Source: Eledone cirrhosa (Eukaryota). From it: a stretch of DNA of 64,000 nucleotides. Both the position numbers and the translations under genes were made by a program. Below are positions 1-12,178 of this stretch, one piece after another. Location of the stretch: NCBI GenBank assembly GCA_964016885.1, contig OZ024742.1, positions 304,172,001 through 304,236,000 of the forward strand, in the 5' to 3' direction. How positions within the stretch are numbered: position 1 is the stretch's first letter; each line of letters starts with the position of its first letter. The notes below the pieces were generated by a model that was not told the DNA's origin, made no database searches, and saw only the letters and a list, made by a program, of their open reading frames with translations.

Positions 1-436
1 AAACATAAATGAACTCCAACCAAAATTAAATAGAAAACATGAATGGAATAGCAACACCACAACTTACAATTAAGGGCAAAAATGAAAACTCACACACATA
101 GAACAAACAACTAACTAGTAACATGTAAATAAAAAAATAAATAAACAAATAAAAACACACACAGACACTCGAATGTAACGCAAGCGCAAACTAAGCTCAC
201 AACACAAACAAAAACAAGATGGCGTAAGATAGAACAAAGGAGAGGCACAGAACAAAGAAAAGAAAACCCAGTCACTGAAGAAGTCACATAATGTGTGACG
301 AAAGAACTTTGACAATATATGCACAACCATCCGGTTGTGGAATCAATCAACTAACCGGAAATTTATAATAAATTGAAGTGAAACAACTGGTGCATGTGTT
401 TCTTATTGGCAACATGACCCTCCCAAAGTATAACAA
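1..436 (+). mobile_element. 3' end of a PLE-type non-coding element (family D) with HHR, ending in (TA)n
   Basis: Reverse-complement similarity to ~53141-53590; both copies end at ...catgaccctcccaaa.tataacaa directly against a (TA)n tract; HHR fold at 271-313. Confidence 0.65.
271..313 (+). ncRNA. Minimal type I hammerhead ribozyme (degenerate stem III)
   Basis: gtca-CTGAAGA-a-gtcacat aat gtgtgac-GAAA-gaac-TT-tgac: stem I gtca/tgac, 7-bp stem II. Confidence 0.6.
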
Positions 437-460
437 TATATATATATATATATATATACA

Positions 461-702
461 TATCACGATAAATTAACAGAGCCATAGACTCTCGCTATTC
501 CCTGTCAATAATGTGGTCAAACGAGAAGAAATCCTGAGCTCTTTAAAATACAATATGTTGAAAAGGTAACACACTAGAGAGAGATACAGTGCGCTATCAA
601 TAAAACAGGGAAAAACCACCAGTGTATAACCACTGGTGGTTTTTCCCTGTTTTATTGATAGCGTACTGTATCTCTCTCTAGTGTGTTACCTTTTCAACAT
701 AT

Positions 703-705
<3 letters not shown>
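461..705. mobile_element. Hairpin-type insertion in (TA)n: 75-bp inverted arms plus ~90-bp one-sided tail
   Basis: Arms 550-624 and 631-705 are near-perfect reverse complements with a 6-nt loop; (TA)n on both sides; tail resembles 45418-45514. Confidence 0.8.
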
Positions 706-761
<56 letters not shown>

Positions 762-1652
762 GCATCTCAACGTACACCCACTTACATCTCTCTCTCCACC
801 AGCGGATCTTGTTACCCGGAGATTTACCCATTTGCATTGTCGAGGCTTCCAAACGACTTAAAGATATTTACGTATTATTCCACAATGCTTCAAGCAAACT
901 TCAATACTCTCTTATATATATATATATAACTAAAGGGGGTGAGGATCCTTTAGTATTTTTTAAAGACATTTATGAGAGAGAAAAGGAGAGTGGTGGATGA
1001 ACATAGACAAAGAGATAAAGGGAGAAAGAGTTATTGGTGGATAGATTACTATGCTATTACATTTGTGAAATTAAGTTTGTGTAGGTGTTTATAATAACGT
1101 CAAAACGAATGTATGATCCTTTTTTTGAATATGTATATGTGCGCTATGTGAAACTTTGTTGCACATATTACTTTTTTTTCTCTTTTTGGTTTTCTCTGTT
1201 TTGAAAAATATCACAGGTGTTCTAGTAAAATATTATTGGTTTGTCTTGTTATAATTCAGAAAACTTAGAATAAAGCGGGCTGCTGTGTTATTGCCTTGGG
1301 GTGTTGGGTGAAATAAACGTTTCACAATGTGTCTCGTTATTGTCGCCTAACTCAATAACTTCTATTTTATTTGGATCAGATGTGATTGTGATATATGTAC
1401 CGAACAGTAACAGTTACACTACTTATACAAACACAAACACATCTAATGGAGATGAAATATACATTAAAGACAAATTACTCAGATAAACTATGCTTGGCGA
1501 CTAATAAATGTGGATAGATGGAGTAGCTAGTTAGTATGAAGATTCCCTACTGTGCCTCCCATCTCCAAGATTGGTGGAAAATGTTACATTTCAATCACTA
1601 GTAGATAGAGTGATTTGATAAGACTAGTAGATAGAGGGAATTGATAATACCG

Positions 1653-1754
1653 TGTATGTATGTATGTATGTATGTATGTATGTATGTATGTATGTATGTA
1701 TGTATGTATGTATGTATGTATGTATGTATGTATGTATGTATGTATGTATGTATG
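1653..1754. repeat. (TATG)n microsatellite
   Basis: Direct reading. Confidence 0.95.
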
Positions 1755-2093
1755 TCAACGACCCTGGTGGTATCCAATGATGTTAACTTGTTCTTCTTTT
1801 TGGTAAATATCATCTTGGTTAAGAAAGTGGGACTGGCTTTGTGCAGTGCCTTTGCTCACTATAAAAGCTTCACGGCACAGGCATTGCTTTATATCTGAAG
1901 ATCTCTCTGCACTTGTCGTCACATGGTACCAAGGGCCCAGCACTATTTGTCAATAATTGTCACAAGTGTAGTGTTTGTACCAGAGTTTTCAAGTCGCTGG
2001 CTTGTTCAGCGCATCGGTAGCGGTTCTCTTACATGGATATAAAGCAGTGGCCGTACTAGAAAACGAGTTAGCAGCCACCATGTATTATGTATG

Positions 2094-2413
2094 TAATCGG
2101 GCTGGATACCCGATCGGGAGTGAAGGACCCCTAGCCTTTGTCAGAGCATTCTTCTAGGAGAAGGCAACTCAGGAAACTGGCATAACTCCGACATAAAACC
2201 TGCGGCTCAGTAGTTACCGATGATGTTGATCTTTTCTTGTTTTCGGGTTATAGCTTGTCGCTCAGAGAGTGGGATTGGCTCCAAGCACAGTCTTTCCTCA
2301 CTTTAAAATAAATCTTCATGCACAGGTATTGCAGGATGGCATTAATTGATAATTATTAATAATGTTATATCGTGCAGTGGCCATACGCGATAACGAGGGG
2401 GCATCCATCATCA
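2094..2413 (+). mobile_element. Short non-autonomous retroelement, probably RTE-derived (bipartite 5'UTR + 3' tail)
   Basis: Three copies (2094-2413 +, 6031-6375 -, 61273-61540 +); contains ctaggagaaggcaactc; ends gggggca(g/t)ccatc followed by (tatg)-like repeats. Confidence 0.6.
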
Positions 2414-2499
2414 TGTATGTATATATGTTTCGCCTTCTCTTAATTTCGAGTACATTTTTGACCGGCCACTTTCCTGTTGGCAAGTTTGTAAAACGAAAG

Positions 2500-3977
2500 A
2501 AAAGTCATCCGTTAAATCCTTTGCAAATTTTGAAGGTGCCAGCTATCGCAGCCATTTGTATTCTATGAATTAGAGAGCTGCCCCCTTTGTCTACAAATCC
2601 AAGTTCAGTCTTACTTTGCTTTAAGCAAGTTGGTATATATCATGTAGCTCTAATGATGATGGGTATGAAGCTGAGGGTGTATCTTTCATACTTGATTTCA
2701 AACTCCTCATGAATGGTCCGTAGATATCCTCCTTCTCATGTATGTTTCTTACAAGGATGACATCAAGTGGGCAGCTTATCTCTTCAACAGAGCTCGTTTT
2801 CAATGTGTAAACAACAATATCAGGCCGGTTGTGCTTTACTTTGGTGGGAGAATTTATTTTCAGGTCCCAGCAGTATTCCTTACTGCCATCTGTCTCAACA
2901 TGTTCCTCTTCATTGGTTTTTAATTTTGTTTTCCTAAGTGCGTTCCAGAGGGTTCTGGCTATCACATGTATGTATGTACGAATGGATTTATGTATGTATA
3001 ATGTATATTTCTATGTATGTATGTCTGAATGTATATATATGTATGTATGTTCTTCTGGTTTTATAATTTCACAATTTTTTTCCCGATAGAGAGAGTCGGT
3101 TTCTAACATAGACACAAGACTCTCTCATTGGAATTTACACAACATCAACTAGGTATATTATGTATGCATGCATGCGTAGATATGGATGTTATTGTATGTG
3201 TGGATGTGTATGTTTTGAGTTGTATGTGTGCATGTGACTATGCTTTGTATCTTTACATGTGTATATGCAGTTAGTACTCTTTCATATTATGTACATGGAT
3301 GTCTTCCACATTGCTGTAGCTTTTAATGTGTTTATTATCGGGGCTATCTTTTTTACGAACTGCATTGTACAGTGTGTTGGCCACTACATCATGCCTCATA
3401 GGTAGATAGTACCGCGATGACATCTTTGGACAGCTGCTGATGACATGGGTGATATCCTCGATGTTAGTTCTGCAGAGTCTGCACTTGTTATCACATCTAG
3501 GTGTTTTGCCTGCATCCCTATCTCTTTTGTGAATCAGGTATTTCATGTTAAACTCCTGTTCTTAGATTGCAAAAGCGTATCCTTCAAAGTGGGAGCCCAT
3601 ATAGCGGTTGTTGGTCCAAGATAGACTCTTTCCTTATCTATATTACTCTCACTCTGGAGCTTCCTGGCAACATATCCATGCATGATATTTGCTGATAAGC
3701 ATGCAGCTTTTGATCCATGGGATCACTGCGATTCTGCTGAGCGACTTCCCTCGGTGTGAGTTTTTGATTATCACACAGGAAATATCTTTCGAAGAGTTCC
3801 TTCCCGACTCTCATGATCTTATCGGTTTCATGCAGATAGACTTTCTCGAGAGACGGGCTCCTACGCTTCGAGGTTCGTAGATGTTGTCGGAGAGATATGA
3901 TGCGACATTCAAATGCTGTCTGGACTGCTGTTAGGCTTCCGCTTCCCTGCTTACGTTTCAAGTAAAGGCGGTCTTCT
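2500..3977 (-). pseudogene. Fragmented R4/Dong-like non-LTR retrotransposon ORF (RT thumb, CCHC knuckle, restriction-like endonuclease)
   Basis: Minus-strand peptides RLYLKRKQGSGSL, CRLCRTNIEDITHVISSCPKMSSRYYLPMRHDVVA and HNRPDIVVY...EISCPLD...EKEDIYGP; pieces separated by degenerate (TGTA)n. Confidence 0.8.
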
Positions 3978-4029
3978 GTATGAATGTATATATGTATCTA
4001 TGCATCTATGTATGTATACAAATAAAACC

Positions 4030-4451
4030 AGAAATAATGGCTGAGAGTCACTGTTTTTTTTTTGAAGCAGATGTTCTGTTCCAGCTGGATATTACATGGC
4101 TGGATATTACATGTAACAGTGGAACGTTGGTCGGACTAGTCAAGATGGCAGATCTAGTTGGGTTTTTTAAACGCCTGAGGTTAAACAGCTTGCCGGAAGT
4201 GCGATATATGAGATAGATACCGTGTTGACAATCCTTGAAGGCCATGAATAACACCATTGCGAAATACAAGGCAAACAACGTTGGTGCAGGTACATCAACT
4301 TGCTTGACACCATTTTCAACCGAGATTGGTTCAGACAGTTTTCCTCCAATAATTACCCATGCCTGCATATCACCGTGGAAGCGTTTCAGTATGTTCACAA
4401 ACTTTTCAGGACAGCCCCAATCTCACCAAAATAACCCATAAAGCATTCCGA
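4030..4451 (-). pseudogene. RTE-clade LINE reverse transcriptase fragment (inverted part)
   Basis: FHGDMQAWVIIGGKLSEPISVENGVKQVDVPAPTLFALYF...GIYLIYRTSGKLFNLRRLK is typical of RTE/BovB RT. Confidence 0.85.
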
Positions 4452-5073
4452 TTAATGGTATCATCCACGAACGGCGTTTGCAATGGACCGGATACCTTTG
4501 CAGAATGGAGGATGATTGAATCCCCAAAACAACTGCTGTATGGCGAGCTTTGTGAGAGTAAGAGACCAACTCACAAGCAAAGGCTACGATTCAAGGATTG
4601 TGTAAAGGACTTATTGAAATAAACTGGTTTGATGGTGGCAGACTGGGAGATAGAAACTCTTGAAAGAGAAACTTGGTGTTGAATTATGGGGTCATAATTT
4701 TGAGGACAAACGCACATAGCACGAGAAGATCAAACGGAATGTGCGTAAGCAATGCCCTGGTGTATCTCTCGAAACGATCGGTGAATCCATTAAATTGAAG
4801 TCCCCTAAGTGTGGAAAAACTTTCTTCAGCAAATCTGGTCTCAGGAGCCACAGTCGCAACCATGTTCAAAAAGAATCATTGAACTATGATCTCCACGGTA
4901 TTGTGAGGGTTCACAGACAACCTGATGCAATATATCAGGCCAATGCGTTCCATAGTTGTCGTCAGTGTGCGAATGTGTGCAAGTCTCTAGCTGGCTTGAA
5001 AAGCCATATCCGAGGGTCACACATCTGAATCTGACAAGCGATTGCAATAACCTTTGCAGAGTTTGCAGCCATC
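4452..5073 (+). pseudogene. RTE-clade LINE C-terminus with two C2H2-like fingers and 3' tail
   Basis: PKQLLYGELCESKRPTHKQRLRFKDCVKDLLK; PKCGKTFFSKSGLRSHSRNH; CRQCANVCKSLAGLKSHIRGSH; ends gcagccatc. Confidence 0.8.
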
Positions 5074-5080
5074 ACGTATA

Positions 5081-5738
5081 TCTGTATATATATAAAGTTA
5101 AGTATGTGTGTGTGTGTGTGGGTATGTGTGTGTGTCTGTGTGTCTGTGTATTACCTATAGGGGCCTACATCTTACGACCGATTTTCATGAAACTTTACAG
5201 GCTCATAGATTAGTCATCGGGGAGTGTTTTCTATATATCAGCGTATTGTTTATTTTTATTCTGGGGTCATTCTGCAGATAAAAATTGATAGGGGGGGCAC
5301 CTTTTTTTAGGTATCGAAAAATAAGATTTTTGGCTGTAGCGCCCACATTTTGCCCCCTATTTCGTTCAAATTTAAAGCAAAATAGAATTTATCATTGCAC
5401 ATCCTGTAATGGCTTTACATTTTGGATATTTTGTTCGGGAACGGCGTGGCAGTCGCTTAAATATTCGAAATACCACCTTTTCGATCAAATTTCCGCCTTT
5501 TCGGCTCTAACTCCCACATTTTTCAACCGATTTCGTTCAAATTCGAAACTCCCTCCCACATCATGCCCCTTCGTCAGTCACCCGCGTTTCTCAGTGATAG
5601 AGCTCATCACCACCCTCCTCCGCATGGCCTGTGTGTGGCCATAGATGAGTCATCGAGAAGCAGTCGTTAATATCAACACCTTTTCATCAAAGCAGATATT
5701 ATTTTACCTATCCAGGCAACGCTGACTACTGCCGCTAG
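5081..5738 (+). mobile_element. Non-autonomous Helitron-like element
   Basis: Starts TC(tgtatatatataaa) after an A, has an internal (GT)n, and ends ggcaacgctgactactgccgCTAG before a T (A|T insertion, no TSD). Confidence 0.7.
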
Positions 5739-6030
5739 TATGTAAATAAAAACGTTGATTGTCTTAATTCGTAAGCAAATTACACAGAATGTACCGTACA
5801 CATAACTCCCGCTAATTAATCCTCCAACTCACATTCCCATAATCCCTAAACTGCCACCGAATGGCTTTGTCAGGCGTTATCATGCTGCAACTGTCCTATT
5901 ATGTAGTTTTAATATAACAAAAATATTGTTATCTGCGACTACAACCCCATTATGTATGTGTGTATGCAAATAAAACCGTCGATTACTCTAACCTATCATT
6001 TAACAAACTTATTTATGTCTTCATACATAT

Positions 6031-6375
6031 ATGATGGCTGCCGCACCCCCACACTCGTCATCGAATAGGGCTACTGCATGATATAACATTATTAATAATT
6101 AGTAATTAATACTATCGTGCAATGCCTGTGCCTGTAGATTTTTTTTTAAGTGAGGAAAGACTGTGCTCTGAGCCAATCCCACTCTATGAGCGACAGTAGC
6201 TATAACCCGAAAACAAGAAAAGATCAACATCATCGGTAACTACTGAGCCGCAGGTTTTATGTCGGAGTTATCCCAGTTTCCTGAATTGCCTTCTTCTAAA
6301 TGAAAGCCGTGACCAAGGCTAGGTGTCCTTCACTCCCAGTGGTTTAACCGTGCGATCGGGTATCCAGCCCGATTA
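6031..6375 (-). mobile_element. Second copy of the RTE-derived short element
   Basis: Reverse-complement match to 2094-2413. Confidence 0.7.
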
Positions 6376-6435
6376 TTTCAATGTCCCCGCGCATTAAAAA
6401 AAGGTTCCTTCTCACTTAGTGACACTCATACATAC

Positions 6436-6498
<63 letters not shown>

Positions 6499-6549
6499 TC
6501 ACACATACGAACACTCATGCATAAAAACAAACACACACACGCCACTCAC

Positions 6550-6601
<52 letters not shown>

Positions 6602-6628
6602 TTCTGTCATTATTAATACTAATACTAT

Positions 6629-7268
6629 AGGGCGGTAAATTGGGAGTATCGGTAGAGTGTCGAACACCATGCTTTTCAGCAAAGAGTTATGGCCCTTTAT
6701 GATCTGAGTTCAAATCCCGCTGGGGTTAACTTTGCCTTTCATCCTTACGGGGTTGATAAAATAAAGTACCAGTCACGCACTGGGGTCGATTTAAACGACT
6801 TTCCCCTCCCTCAAAATTGCTGGCCTTGTGCCGATATAAGAAACCATTATTAATACTAATACTATAGCGCAGTGAATTGGCAGTATCGGTAGAGGGTCGG
6901 ACGCCATGCTTTGACGCATAGAGTTACGGCCCTTGCCATTCTGAGTTCAAATCTCGCCGAGGTTAACTTTGCCTTTCATCCTTACGGGGTCGATAAAATA
7001 AAGTACCAGTAATGTACTGTGTATTTACTGGCCTTGTGCCAATAGTAGAAACAATTATTAATACTATAGATGAGTTCAAATCCCGCCGAGGTTAACTTTG
7101 CCTTTCATCCTTACGGGGTCGATAAAATAAAGTACTGGATAATTACAGGCCTTGTGCCTAACATAGAAACAATTATTAATACTATAGATAGAATTAAGTA
7201 CCAGTAATACACTGGGATAATTGGCGGCCTTGTGCTAAAAGTAGAAACAATTATTAATACGATAGATA
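6629..7268 (+). mobile_element. Tandem cluster of four tRNA-derived Meta-domain SINE copies (two near full length, two 5'-truncated)
   Basis: A-box-like tggcagtatcggt, B-box gagttcaaatcc, then aactttgcctttcatccttacggggtcgataaaataaagtacca and tail ggccttgtgcc...gaaacaattatta. Confidence 0.85.
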
Positions 7269-10192
7269 TGGCAAATGTTGTCTTTTGAAAGAGTTCGTAC
7301 AATTGAAGCTGTTCGTGTGTTACTGTTTAGATTTATCGTTGATGTTGTTTTCATAAGATTTTATTGTTGACCCACTAGTGGTGGTGATGGTGGTGGCAGT
7401 TCATGTTGTTATTTGGCTTTTTATCGTTTGATCCCGCTGTTGTTGTTGTCGATGTTGGTGTTGTTCCTCTTGAAGTTGATGTAGATATTGGTGTTGGAGT
7501 TCGGATCCTGTTGTTGTAATAGATATTGGTATTGGTGTTGTTGTAGATATTTATGTTGGTGTTCCGGTGCTGCTGTTGATGTTGTTGTTGTTGTAGATGT
7601 TGGTGTTCGTTGAACGTTGATCGTTTTGACATATATATATATATACATATATACCAAAACACATTCAACACAGAGTAGGGAGTCAGTGACTTTAGTCTAA
7701 AAAGGTTGGGGATTGAATTGTGTGAGTGTAAATGTGGTGGGGGTGGGGGAGAAAGTGTAGACGTTATTGTGGTGGTGGAAGCAGAGAAATGTATCTATTT
7801 CATTTGTCCGTTTTCTTTTCTTTTCAAAATTTGAAATTTAGCCATGTTTGATTAAAATGCATTCGGGTGTAAATAAAATGTAAAATGTAAACAACGATTG
7901 CATTGGGAAAATATATAAAAATATTTATGCAAATTTCACAAATACTGTCAGATTATTTGCAGAATCTAGTGGGACACACATTTTGTCGAATTTGGGTGTT
8001 TGAAAATACAAACATTAATTAAAACTTACCCCGCGAAAAAAGACAGGGTGTGTTGTCCGATCTAAAGCTCCCTCATCATACGTACATGCATACATACATA
8101 CATACATACATACATACATACGCAATTGCATACCCATACACGTTGGGCCATTGCACATTTAATGTCGACCCAATTGCACTTATAAGATATAACTAGATAT
8201 TATGATAGAATACACTTGCTCAAGGTGTTGCGAAGTGGGTTCGAAATCAGAATCAGTTAGGTGCGAATGAAATATGTTAATCTCTTAGATATACCTGCGC
8301 TAAATTTGTAATCTTTCGAAATAAGGAATTGTAGTCAATAATCCCGGGCTGATTGTAGAAAAAAAAACAATGCTAATAGAATAGAATTTTGTGAAAGTAT
8401 AAAAGTACAACTGTTCTGCAAGTTAATAGAAAATAAACGTGAGATATGAAAAAAATGGCAGTTGGCGTCTATATGTTTTTTTTCTTTTTTTGTGGTGTTG
8501 GAGATCAGATAACAATCTTTAGATTGTAATCTAGACAACACAATGCGTATTCTATAATATTGACTGCAACCGTTGTAATTTTAACAAAGACACCTGAGAA
8601 GATATTTTATTTTACGTCAATTTCTACAAATATTGAACATTCCACGATAATGATATTTGCATGAAGAAAACAGATTAAGTGGAGCTTAACTTTCTTAATC
8701 TAATGATTAAAATTGAATGTTTATTCAATTGAAATTAAACCTGGAACGTGGAGACACTCCAAATAATATTAATGACAATTCATGTCAAAGAATGGAAGGG
8801 AAAGAACTGTGAACTCCAAATTGATTAATAATTAGATAGAAAGAGTTAATGGTAGTATGTCTGATGTATGATAATTATACTGACAATCCGGAGTATATTT
8901 GAAGTTTGTTAGGCCAATTTATCACATATTAGACTCCCTTTACATCAGAAATAAATGTAAATCCTTAGTATTTCATCTCAAAATCCAGAGCTGCATCTTG
9001 TAAAGTGTTTCGTTATTTCATGGTGTTAGCTGTTCCTTGGATGGAAAATGTCAAGGACATTAATTTTTGTATGTGAAAGGGATTATATGTCTCTGGAATA
9101 CACGAAGAGTGAAAGGGTGCATGTTGGTTCAGGCTCATAAGCTTTTCAGTGGTAGACATCTAGGTTGACCAAGAGGTAATAGAAGACATATTCAAATTAA
9201 CTTACCGAACATGATGTATAGTGGATAATACACGCATAACACAATGTGAATATAACACAATACGAAGAGAATATTTGATTTACTATTATCACTTGAAATA
9301 TCGGAGAGTCTATTACTCTAACGTGTCTGACTTGATATTCGTAGATTCTCCGAATTGTGGGTTTTGAATGACCTCCGTTTTTATAATTTTTTCAAGTTTA
9401 TATACAATTCAAATGATTTTGCTTCTTTCGAGAACCAGTTAATGTGGCATGTATTAATATTTAGTAGTAATACTAGAGAATGGCATCATTAAAATGAAGA
9501 ATTACGCAAAGCCTTGCACACATCATGTTTCTTCCAAATGTAAAACGTTGGTTAGTGAAACGAAGTCAAAATGCTATTTGATATGTGGCCCAACGCTGGA
9601 GGTGAGGAGGAAATACGTGGGGAAATTATCAAAATTATAGTAAATTAGATTGGTGACAATACACTGACAAGCTTTATGCCGTTATTTAGAAAAGTATCTT
9701 TATTCCTCGAGGAAGTCTGCCATAACAAATTACCCCATCTAATTTCCGTCGTAACTCTCGTCAATACTGGCAGTATTTCCTGATCTTAAAAATATTTCAA
9801 TTATGTATTTTTGTGATAAAAGGAAAAATGCACACTCTTCTACTATTTGGACCTTAGGTTAACTTGGCAGGATAATAAGTTGTTTATTTCCAATTATTGA
9901 AGTCGTACACAAACTTGAAATGCTTATTCATGTTTAGAGGTGGAAAGTCGACTTCTTTTCAGATACAAAAACATGAATGTGTGAGATTTAAATACCAGCT
10001 CTTTCGGTAGTAGTGACGAAGTGTAGTGGTTAGTGTCTGGCCTGTGTGTCGGAGACAATATGGCTAATGGGAAGATGAGAGAAGAGAGACTAGAGAGTGT
10101 CTGAGTGGGCGTGGAACGATATAACTCTTGTAGTAGTGTTAAATGAGAAAATGTGAGGTGAGAGAAGTTTTGTGTACTAACGGTTTTAGAAA

Positions 10193-10299
10193 GGCATTTA
10201 TGCCAAGTTGTCGGGTTGTGTGTCTCTGAGAGCCTTTTTATACTAATTTACAAAAAGGCTCTCAGAGACACACAACCCGACAACCTGAACATAAATACC
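10193..10299. repeat. Inverted repeat, ~33-bp perfect core with 12-nt spacer
   Basis: gttgtcgggttgtgtgtctctgagagccttttt / aaaaaggctctcagagacacacaacccgacaac. Confidence 0.85.
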
Positions 10300-10904
10300 G
10301 TTACGAAGAAATATGATAACTAGCTGGCTGAATTTATATCAATCTGATAATAATACACACCTCAAAATATACAGAAACCTACACAGCGATAGATACGTAT
10401 CCTGAGAGCTTTATGGAGGCAGATTCCTAAAAAAATCCTTCCAGCGGATCCAGTCCGAAACAACCGTCTCCAATTGATCCAGTTGGATCCGCAAGCGAGA
10501 TCAGCCAAGTTCATGGATATTATTCAACCATCTGCCAGTTGGTTTTGTTCTTAAAATCTATCAAGCGATTCTATCCTGAGACATTTTAAGCGCATGTCCA
10601 GGATATCGGGGCAATGATTTCTCAAATCGGAAATGTAGTGGCTCAACCTGTAGCTACAGACTTTATCGAGTAACGTTATTCCAAAGAACCTTCGGAGGAA
10701 TCCCATTTCGCCGCCAGCATTTGCAATCGTATTCTTTCAAATGTAAGGTTTGGCACGAATACCAAATTTTACGTACTTGACAACCACATTTAAACGAATA
10801 ATCTCTTTAACTGATGATATATAATGTAGAAGAAACAATCATTTTCTACAAATTTGCTTCGTGTAAGGCAGACAAAATTTGCAACCTTTAAACTTAATAA
10901 TTGT

Positions 10905-11355
10905 TTCTACTTCTACCGCAATGTTAGTAATATAAAGTGATGGGGGAAAGTCGAGTAATAGAACCCAGTGTCTTATGGTTACTTTATTTTATCAATCCTG
11001 TAAATATGAAACGCAAAGCGTATTGTAGTCGCATTTGAAATCAGAACGCAAAGTGTCATATCTATATGTTGCAAAGCATGTTGTCCCATGTTTTACAGAT
11101 ACTACCAAACCACTGCTCTCTTTAGACTTAATAATGAAAAGCATTCAAATGTTGTTCCTATAATGATTTCTAATATAGGCAAAAAGCCAGTAATTTGGGG
11201 GAGGGGAAAGGCGATTAAATCTACCCCAGTACGTTAGTGGTGCTTTATTTTATCGACCGCCTCGGCGGGATTTGAACTCAGCCAGTAGAAGATTGTAACT
11301 GTGTTGCAAAGCATGGTGTCCGACTCTCTACCGGTACTGTCAATCCGCTGCCCTA
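10905..11355 (-). mobile_element. Two degenerate Meta-domain SINE copies
   Basis: Reverse complements of the SINE body (tttattttatcgacc...cctcggcgggatttgaactcag). Confidence 0.7.
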
Positions 11356-11888
11356 ATTGTGTTCATATAACGCAATACCCTAACATATTTGATAATCCAC
11401 CACTATCAAGGGTCCATGCTGAAAAAACAGAAAAGAAAAGAAAAACGCTATCTTTCGAAAGAAGTACATTGAGATATTTGTTCCTCGCAGTGGTCCTTCC
11501 AATTCCTCGACGTTCTAGATATCAGAAATTCAGATAACCAGTGATTGTTCTGTTGGGAAAAAAATATAAACAATAAATAATGTTATTTTGTACCATTTGC
11601 TATAGAAACAAAATCAATAAATACAACATGAATTTTGTTCCCGTTGTAAATCATCGCCCACAAATTGCACTGTATACATTCTTTACCTTTCATTCTTTAT
11701 ATGTCGGTGAAATGTAGCGAATTATTTGACTTTTCGTGGTCGGGTATATCAATCAAAATGTGATCTAATTTATTGATTTAAGGAAAATGTGAAAGTGTGA
11801 TACAAGGTTCATACTATTTGAAAGAGAATTATGTAGGTAAATTTATACATTCAAACGTGTGAAGCGTTTCTTGTTCAGTTGAAAATGT

Positions 11889-11957
<69 letters not shown>

Positions 11958-12050
11958 CCTACTTATAGACATATACACATCTATATATATATATGTGTAT
12001 ATACATACTTACACACATGTATATATATATACACATACACATACACACAC

Positions 12051-12178
<128 letters not shown>

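Noticed and set aside
550-705. Interpreting the TA-flanked hairpins as MITEs or miRNA precursors
   Set aside because: One-sided tails, variable symmetry centres within a family and embedded HHRs fit retrotransposition products better
6700-6725. B-box/T-loop motifs suggesting tRNA genes
   Set aside because: They are SINE heads followed by Meta core and tail; no complete cloverleaf
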